A stretch of DNA of 49,212 nucleotides from Patescibacteria group bacterium. GTDB taxonomy: Bacteria > Patescibacteriota > Patescibacteriia > UBA2196. This document shows positions 43,328-49,212 of the stretch, piece by piece. Location: positions 1 to 49,212 of the forward strand of contig JAQTPI010000002.1 in NCBI GenBank assembly GCA_028748975.1, read 5' to 3'. A program made the position numbers and the translations under genes. A model generated the notes under the pieces. The model saw only the letters and a list, made by a program, of their open reading frames with translations, had not been told where the DNA came from and searched no databases. The stretch's first letter is position 1; the number at the start of each line of letters is the position of its first letter.

Positions 43328-43804
43328 ATGATTTTATATATTAATACCACTGCATCTGATAAAATTATTTTAGCGTTGGCTGATAAAACCGGCTCGGTTT
43401 TGAAATTTAAAAAAATTAAAGCGCCGCATCAGCAGTCGGAGAAATTATTATTTGCGATAGAAAAGTTATTAAATTATCAGATTACTCGCCTCGCTTCCTG
43501 TCTCGCCTTCGGCTCGCCGAGGCGGACGCGGTCGAAGCGGGTTAAATTATCCGGAGTTATTATTGTTTCTGGTCCGGGCGGTTTTACTTCGCTTCGGATT
43601 GGCATCGCCACAGCTAATGCTTTGGCTTGGGCTTGCCAAATTCCGATAATTGGTATAGAATGTAATCATGATTTAAATCATGATTTTAATCATGACAAGG
43701 ATTTAATCAAAAAAGGCGCGGCTAAACTGGCAAAAATACGCGGTTTTAAGCAAGTTTTGCCGAAATATGGCCAAGAACCGAATATTGGAAAAAATAAAAA
43801 ATAG
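43328..43804 (+). CDS. tsaB: tRNA threonylcarbamoyladenosine biosynthesis protein TsaB (short form)
   Basis: LYINT, GPGGFTSLRIGIATANAL, P.YG.EPNI. Confidence 0.88.
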   Translation: MILYINTTASDKIILALADKTGSVLKFKKIKAPHQQSEKLLFAIEKLLNYQITRLASCLAFGSPRRTRSKRVKLSGVIIVSGPGGFTSLRIGIATANALAWACQIPIIGIECNHDLNHDFNHDKDLIKKGAAKLAKIRGFKQVLPKYGQEPNIGKNKK

Positions 43805-43839
43805 AAATATTCTTTTCAAACAAATAATGAGGAGGAAAA

Positions 43840-44208
43840 ATGATCAAGAAGGCAAAAAAGTATTCCAAAAATCCAAACGAATTTTTTGTTAGCAGTATTT
43901 CCAACGAAACAATTACTCAACGAGTGACTATAAGACGGATCAATGGCAAGGCGATCTATCCACCACGAATAATTTATCGCCCTGTTTGTGATGTGGTGTT
44001 AATTAATGGTGCAATTGGTCGTCTGGTGAATTGGGAAGCAAAGATTTTTAAAGGTAAAGAAGGTAGCCGTGGTTTTCCCTTAGTGAGAATATCAATTGAT
44101 AAAAGTATAGACAAAAAACGCGGCGGTAAAAAGCAAATGGAGGAAGGGGAGATCAAAAAATTAAGGAATTTGGTCTATAATTTTTTGGTAGAACACAGAT
44201 ATTTTTAA
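43840..44208 (+). CDS. Hypothetical protein, 122 aa
   Basis: GAGGAGG SD. Confidence 0.65.
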   Translation: MIKKAKKYSKNPNEFFVSSISNETITQRVTIRRINGKAIYPPRIIYRPVCDVVLINGAIGRLVNWEAKIFKGKEGSRGFPLVRISIDKSIDKKRGGKKQMEEGEIKKLRNLVYNFLVEHRYF

Positions 44209-44230
44209 AAATAAGAAAGAAGGAGAAAAG

Positions 44231-44440
44231 ATGGAAAGCGAAACATTATGGAAGCAGGCGCATAGACTTAGTATTTTGTGTGAAGCAATGGACACCGAAC
44301 TTGCTATGTGGAAAAGACGAAATCATCAGGCAGTAATAAAAAATATTCAAGACACTTTTGCCGTAGAAACTTTTGATAACGACACCATATATTACATGAC
44401 CAGAAGAATAGATTTTGAAATTTTAGCCAAGCAGAAATAG
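44231..44440 (+). CDS. Hypothetical protein, 69 aa
   Basis: AAGGAG SD; terminator at 44460-44486. Confidence 0.62.
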   Translation: MESETLWKQAHRLSILCEAMDTELAMWKRRNHQAVIKNIQDTFAVETFDNDTIYYMTRRIDFEILAKQK

Positions 44441-44459
44441 ACAACAAAAAAATATTTAT

Positions 44460-44486
44460 CCCTTGCTAAACAGGCAAGGGTTTTTT
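44460..44486 (+). terminator. Intrinsic terminator
   Basis: CCCTTGC-TAAACAG-GCAAGGG-TTTTTT. Confidence 0.7.
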
Positions 44487-44573
44487 ATTTATTTGACACC
44501 TAAATACAGATGTATTAAAATGAATAATAGAATACAATTTAATGCCAACATGTTAAAATGCTAAAAAGTTTTT

Positions 44574-46256
44574 ATGGCTTTATCTACATCAGCTAAAAAT
44601 CGCTATAAATTAACGGCCATCATCGTTTTGGCCGTCTTTTGCGGTTTAGTTGCTTATTATAAGGATATGCCCGCGGGCACGCCTTTGGAAAAATTTTGGA
44701 ACAGCACTAAATACAAATTGGGCCTGGATTTGCAAGGCGGCACACACCTTGTTTATCAGGCAGATACTTCTAAAATTGAAGCCCGCGATCAGGCTTCGGC
44801 GGTAGAAGGCGTGCGCGACGTGATTGAGCGCCGCGTCAATGCCTTTGGCGTGTCCGAGCCGGTGGTGCAAACCAATAATGTCGGCGGTGAATATCGCGTG
44901 ATTGTGGAGTTGGCTGGCGTTAAAGACGTCAAACAGGCAATTGACATGATTGGCAAGACGCCACTTTTGGAATTTAAGGAACAAAACCCAAACTATAATC
45001 CGGATCTAACACCGGCGGAACAAAAACAAATTGATGATTACAATAAAGACGCGGAAAAACGCGCGCAGGATATTTTACGCAAGGTTTTAGTACCGGGCGC
45101 CAATTTTGAAAATTATGCTAAACAATATTCTGAAGACGCCGGTTCCAAAGATTCAGGTGGCGATTTGGGTTTTGCCAAGCGCGGACAGTTTGTGACCGAA
45201 TTTAATAATGAACTTTTTGATGTTTTAAAGGACGGACAAATTGGCCGGACTTTGGTCAAAACTTCTTTTGGCTATCATATTATCAAAAGAATTGAATCAC
45301 GGGGCGAGGGTGAAAATTTGGAAGTCCACAGCGAACATATTTTAATTAAAACCGAAAACGCGGAAGCGGTGAAACAAGCAAAAGATGCTTGGGTCAACAC
45401 GCAGCTTTCCGGCCGTCATTTGAAGCGCGCGGAGTTGCAATTTGACCAGCAAACTGGCGAGCCGCAGGTGGCTTTGGAATTTAATGACGAGGGTAAAGCG
45501 CTTTTTGCCGCCATTACCGAACGCAATGTGGGCAAACCAGTGGCGATATTTTTGGATGGTACCGCCATCTCCGTGCCCACAGTCAACGAACCGATTACGG
45601 AAGGCAAGGCCGTGATTACCGGACGCTTTGATGTCAAAGAAGCCAAGCAATTGGTGAATAATTTAAGCGCTGGCGCTCTGCCCGTGCCAATTACTTTAAT
45701 GTCGCAGGAAACAGTCGGAGCATCGCTTGGTCAAGAATCACTGGATAAAAGTTTATTTGCTGGCTTGATTGGTATTTTGGCCGTGGCCCTATTTATGATT
45801 ATTTTTTATCGTTTACCTGGTATTTTTTCAGTTTTGGCTTTAATAGTTTATACTTTGATCAACTTGGCGATTTATCAAATTTTTGGAATTACTTTGTCTT
45901 TGGCCGGCATAGCTGGCTTTATTCTCTCTGTCGGCATGGCCGTGGACGCGAACGTTTTGATTTTTGAACGCATGAAAGAAGAGATTCGCGCGGGCCGTGA
46001 ATTGACTTCAGCCACGGAAGAAGGTTTCAAACGCGCTTGGACTTCCATTCGCGATTCCAATGTTTCTTCTTTAATTACTTGCGCGGTTTTGTATTTCATC
46101 GGCACTTCGGTCGTGAAAGGTTTTGCTTTAACCCTTGCCATTGGCGTTTTGACTTCCATGTTTTCGGCCATCACCGTGACGCGCACATTCTTGAAAACAA
46201 TTATTAATATAAAAAGAGTCAGAGAAAGCCATCGGTTGTTTGGAGTAAAAAAGTAA
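44574..46256 (+). CDS. secD: Protein translocase subunit SecD with an embedded PpiC/rotamase domain
   Basis: LGLDLQGG, RRVNAFGVSEP, parvulin-like SEDAGSKDSGGDLG...FGYHII, GMAVDANVLIFER. Confidence 0.96.
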   Translation: MALSTSAKNRYKLTAIIVLAVFCGLVAYYKDMPAGTPLEKFWNSTKYKLGLDLQGGTHLVYQADTSKIEARDQASAVEGVRDVIERRVNAFGVSEPVVQTNNVGGEYRVIVELAGVKDVKQAIDMIGKTPLLEFKEQNPNYNPDLTPAEQKQIDDYNKDAEKRAQDILRKVLVPGANFENYAKQYSEDAGSKDSGGDLGFAKRGQFVTEFNNELFDVLKDGQIGRTLVKTSFGYHIIKRIESRGEGENLEVHSEHILIKTENAEAVKQAKDAWVNTQLSGRHLKRAELQFDQQTGEPQVALEFNDEGKALFAAITERNVGKPVAIFLDGTAISVPTVNEPITEGKAVITGRFDVKEAKQLVNNLSAGALPVPITLMSQETVGASLGQESLDKSLFAGLIGILAVALFMIIFYRLPGIFSVLALIVYTLINLAIYQIFGITLSLAGIAGFILSVGMAVDANVLIFERMKEEIRAGRELTSATEEGFKRAWTSIRDSNVSSLITCAVLYFIGTSVVKGFALTLAIGVLTSMFSAITVTRTFLKTIINIKRVRESHRLFGVKK

Positions 46257-46268
46257 ATTATAAATTTT

Positions 46269-47192
46269 ATGCATTTACAAATCGTAAAAAATCGCAATAA
46301 ATTTTTCATCTTTTCCGGCGTGCTGGTGGTTTTGAGTATTGTCAGTTTGTCTATTTGGGGATTAAAACCAAGCATTGATTTTACCGGCGGGGCTTTGATG
46401 GAAGTGAGAATTTCGGGCGAGATGAAAATTTCCGCGCCGGAGTTGAGTGATAAACTTGTTAAACAAAATTCGGCTTTGGGTGAAATTCGCGTGCAGCCGG
46501 TGGGGACCGACGGCTATCTTTTGCGGACCCGGCATTTAAGCGAGACAGAACATCAAAATCTTTTAGCAAATATTGCTTCATCTGCCGGAGTGGAAAAAAG
46601 CCAGGTGGAAGAAAAAAGATTTGAAAGCATCGGGCCGGTCATCGGCGGGGAATTGCGCGTGAAGGCTTTTTGGGCCGTGGGTTTGGCTTCACTTTTCATT
46701 ATTCTTTACATTGCTTACGCTTTTCGCAAGGTTTCTAAACCAGTGGCTTCTTGGAAATACGGCTTGGGCGCGGTCATTGCCGTGCTCCATGATCTTTTGA
46801 TTGTGACTGGTTGTTTTTCAGTGTTTGGACACTTTTTCGGTTTTGAAGTTGATTTGCTTTTTGTCTCGGCACTTTTAACTGTTTTGGGTTTTTCCGTCCA
46901 TGACACCATCGTGGTTTATGACCGTACGCGCGAAAATTTAATTTATAATCCGCAAAAAACTTTTGAAGACACAGTCAATAAGGCGACCAATGACACTATG
47001 ACGCGTTCCATCAACACTTCTTTGACGGTGTTTATCGTGCTTTTGGCGCTTTACGTTTTGGGCGGCGCTTCCATCAGCAATTTTGTGCTGGCGCTTTTAA
47101 TCGGCGTGGTTTTCGGAACTTACTCGTCAATTTTTGTAGCTTCAACATTACTCGTGGTTTGGTATCAGTTAGGACGAAGGGGTAATAAGTAA
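46269..47192 (+). CDS. secF: Protein translocase subunit SecF
   Basis: IDFTGG, IGPVIG, GFSVHDTIVVYDRTRE, GTYSSIF. Confidence 0.96.
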   Translation: MHLQIVKNRNKFFIFSGVLVVLSIVSLSIWGLKPSIDFTGGALMEVRISGEMKISAPELSDKLVKQNSALGEIRVQPVGTDGYLLRTRHLSETEHQNLLANIASSAGVEKSQVEEKRFESIGPVIGGELRVKAFWAVGLASLFIILYIAYAFRKVSKPVASWKYGLGAVIAVLHDLLIVTGCFSVFGHFFGFEVDLLFVSALLTVLGFSVHDTIVVYDRTRENLIYNPQKTFEDTVNKATNDTMTRSINTSLTVFIVLLALYVLGGASISNFVLALLIGVVFGTYSSIFVASTLLVVWYQLGRRGNK

Positions 47193-47440
47193 CTAGTAAT
47201 AAGTAATAAAAAATAACGAAAATAAGGAAATAGGGATATAAGGAAATAAAGTTATTTTTATTTTATTATTTAATTAGTCACCGTTTTATGGTGGCTTTTT
47301 TTATTTTCCAAAAATACCATTATTTTTGTTATACTATAATGCGTTGATCGTCGCATATGATATAACACTTTTTAGCTTTTTTTCGGTTTTGTATTTTTAT
47401 GTTTTAATGCTTTTATGCTTTAATGTTAAAATGATTTTAT

Positions 47441-47469
47441 TTGACACCAAAAACTATATCTGGTATACT
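47441..47469 (+). promoter_or_regulatory. Sigma70-type promoter upstream of the sigma-like gene
   Basis: TTGACA, 17 bp, TATACT. Confidence 0.6.
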
Positions 47470-47614
47470 TACTATTAGTATTATTAATAAAAACTAAAAT
47501 AAGCTACAAAAATGGCTTATTTTAGCCAATTTTACTAAATTTCAATTTATCAGTGTAAAGCGTTTTTAGGCGGTTTATGCGGAAAAATTTAAATTTAGTA
47601 AGCTATATATTTTT

Positions 47615-48709
47615 ATGACCGAAAACAAAAAGGAAAAATTATCCCAAATTAAATGGGAAGAAATCGTCACCAATCTCTTGTCTTTAATTAAGACTCGCGA
47701 GGCGGAAATTTTGCGCCTGCGTTTTGGTTTGGATGGGGAAGAGCAAACCTTGGAAAGCATCGGCCAGAAAATGGGTTTGACCCGCGAGCGCGTGCGCCAA
47801 ATTGAAAACAACGCCCGTGCCAATGTCATTAAACATAAAGATTTTCAAGGATTGATTGATCCAGTTAAAGATGTCATGGTGAGCGCTCTGGAAGAACAGG
47901 GCGGCGTTTCCAGCCGCGATCGCGTGGCGCGTTCGGTTATTTTGGAAGAAGAAATTAACAAGAATCGTAAATTTTTGGAATTTTTAATTGATAATTTTGT
48001 GGATGAAATTAAAGACATTAAACACGAGCATTTTTTGGACGGCTGGTATTTGAATGAAGAAAATTTAAGTTTGGCGGCCGGACTGATTGAAGAAACAAAA
48101 AAATTAGTGGCCGAACGCAACAAACTGATGATGGAGGAAGACTTGCTTAAAGAAATGACCAAGCTGCCGAGTTATGCCAATAATAAAGAAAAGATAGACG
48201 CTTTGGTGGAGAAAAATCAGGGTGATTTGAATAAAGTATTTTTATCCTATTTGGATTTGGCGCGCGGTTTGGACAAAACCCCGTTTCAGCAATGGGGATT
48301 GACCGATTGGCGCCATGTCAGACCGAGACGGGTGAATGATAAAATTTATTTGATTTTAGACTGGTATAAAAAGCCGATGCATTTTCGGGAAATTGCTCAA
48401 AAGATTAACGAGGTTTATAAAAACGACAAGCCGTCGCACCCGGCCACTGTCCATAATGATTTGATTTCTGATGAACGCTTTGTTTTAATCGGCCGCGGAG
48501 TTTACGCCCTGAAAGAATGGGGCTATGAAGGCGGCACGGTGGCGGACATCGTGGAGCGTGTTTTGAATGAAAAAGGCCCGCTTTCCCGCGAAGAAGTGAT
48601 TACGGAAGTTTTGAAACAGCGCGATGTCAAAACCAACACCATCCTTCTGGCCTTAAGCGATAAAGAGGCGTTTGAGAAAGTGGAGGGAAAATATAGAATC
48701 AAAAAATAA
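47615..48709 (+). CDS. Sigma-70 region-4 HTH plus HARE-HTH (RNAP delta-like) domain protein
   Basis: LRFGL...TLESIGQKMGLTRERVRQIE; P.HFREIA...ATVHNDLISDERFVLIGRGVYALKEWG. Confidence 0.82.
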   Translation: MTENKKEKLSQIKWEEIVTNLLSLIKTREAEILRLRFGLDGEEQTLESIGQKMGLTRERVRQIENNARANVIKHKDFQGLIDPVKDVMVSALEEQGGVSSRDRVARSVILEEEINKNRKFLEFLIDNFVDEIKDIKHEHFLDGWYLNEENLSLAAGLIEETKKLVAERNKLMMEEDLLKEMTKLPSYANNKEKIDALVEKNQGDLNKVFLSYLDLARGLDKTPFQQWGLTDWRHVRPRRVNDKIYLILDWYKKPMHFREIAQKINEVYKNDKPSHPATVHNDLISDERFVLIGRGVYALKEWGYEGGTVADIVERVLNEKGPLSREEVITEVLKQRDVKTNTILLALSDKEAFEKVEGKYRIKK

Positions 48710-48846
48710 TTTAATAATTTGATAATCTGATAATTTAATGAACCAAATTATCTTTTCATCACCGCTTCCTTATAAAGATAGGGGAGCGTGACGAGAAAAA
48801 TAATTTCTTTTAGAGAATAAACCAGCAAAAAAGGAGGAACAAAACG

Positions 48847-49212
48847 ATGGTGAAAGAAAATTCGAAGCAGACAGTGGTTAGTTTGGGCGGCGGCGGCATC
48901 CTTACCATCCTTATGATTATTGCTTTTCCACTTGGTTTTTTTATGGCGGAGCAAGAGATGAAAAGCCGGGGAGCTCTTCCACCCCAAACCATTTATCAGC
49001 AAAACAATTATACGGTTCAAAAAGCTTTAAATATGGCTGGCGAATGGTGTATAGAAATTAAGATGGTTGGCTGGCAGCCTTGCGATGAAGTATTTATACC
49101 TCCGATGGATTTAGCCGATGAAAAAAGTCTAGCTAATTATGCATGTCAAGATCATTGCGATCTTTTAACCAAGACACTTATACCGTATTTTTGGAAAAAA
49201 GGAAAATTAATA
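48847..49212 (+). CDS. Hypothetical membrane-anchored protein, partial (runs off the window; not in ORF track)
   Basis: AAGGAGG SD, MVKENSKQTVVSLGGGGILTILM..., open frame to the window end. Confidence 0.65.
   Translation, partial: MVKENSKQTVVSLGGGGILTILMIIAFPLGFFMAEQEMKSRGALPPQTIYQQNNYTVQKALNMAGEWCIEIKMVGWQPCDEVFIPPMDLADEKSLANYACQDHCDLLTKTLIPYFWKKGKLI

Noticed and set aside
1-49212. tRNA, rRNA, tmRNA or RNase P genes
   Set aside because: No cloverleaf with T-loop GTTCRA and acceptor stem, and no rRNA-like segment was found by eye. The GC-rich hairpins belong to the repeat families. A tRNAscan/Infernal run would be definitive.
1-49212. Autonomous IS, integrase or prophage
   Set aside because: No DDE/HUH transposase, recombinase, terminase or capsid motifs among the ORFs.
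1-49212. Alternative genetic code (TGA recoded as Gly, as in Gracilibacteria/Absconditabacteria)
   Set aside because: Long conserved genes have no in-frame TGA, and TGA ends genes at expected lengths (for example eno, iscS).

Overview
A 49.2-kb chromosomal segment from a small-genome bacterium using genetic code 11, most likely Patescibacteria/CPR (Parcubacteria-like). The taxonomic call is inferred from DUF4012-, PEGA- and sigma-r4/HARE-HTH-type proteins and a short TsaB. Housekeeping content: GT4 and GT-C-like glycosylation genes, HIT, CtpA, L9, CTP synthase, L27, a minimal Fe-S system (IscU, NifU-C, IscS), degenerate PilC/PilB, a NuoF/HydB-like flavoprotein plus a complete [FeFe]-hydrogenase, pgk-eno-gpmI-gpmI, MutM, a pseudouridine synthase, TsaB and SecD/F. 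No rRNA, tRNA, CRISPR array or transposase was recognised. Four layers are not explained by these genes. (1) Several families of short palindromic or tandem-repeat elements (GTCAT...ATGAC, CCCCTCC, a 27-bp core, conserved 7/8/9/12-mer blocks) recur at distant loci, nest inside each other, insert in frame into core enzymes, and supply stop codons or C-termini. (2) A stand-alone wHTH/Cas2-like (PaaX-type) gene is bracketed by two copies of a ~33-38-bp palindrome. (3) A ~225-nt structured repeat with compensatory base changes occurs twice, with a shorter third relative. (4) Many small accessory genes carry strong Shine-Dalgarno sites and their own, sometimes duplicated, promoters and terminators, interspersed among SD-less core genes. 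All family assignments come from motif recognition by eye; no searches were run.
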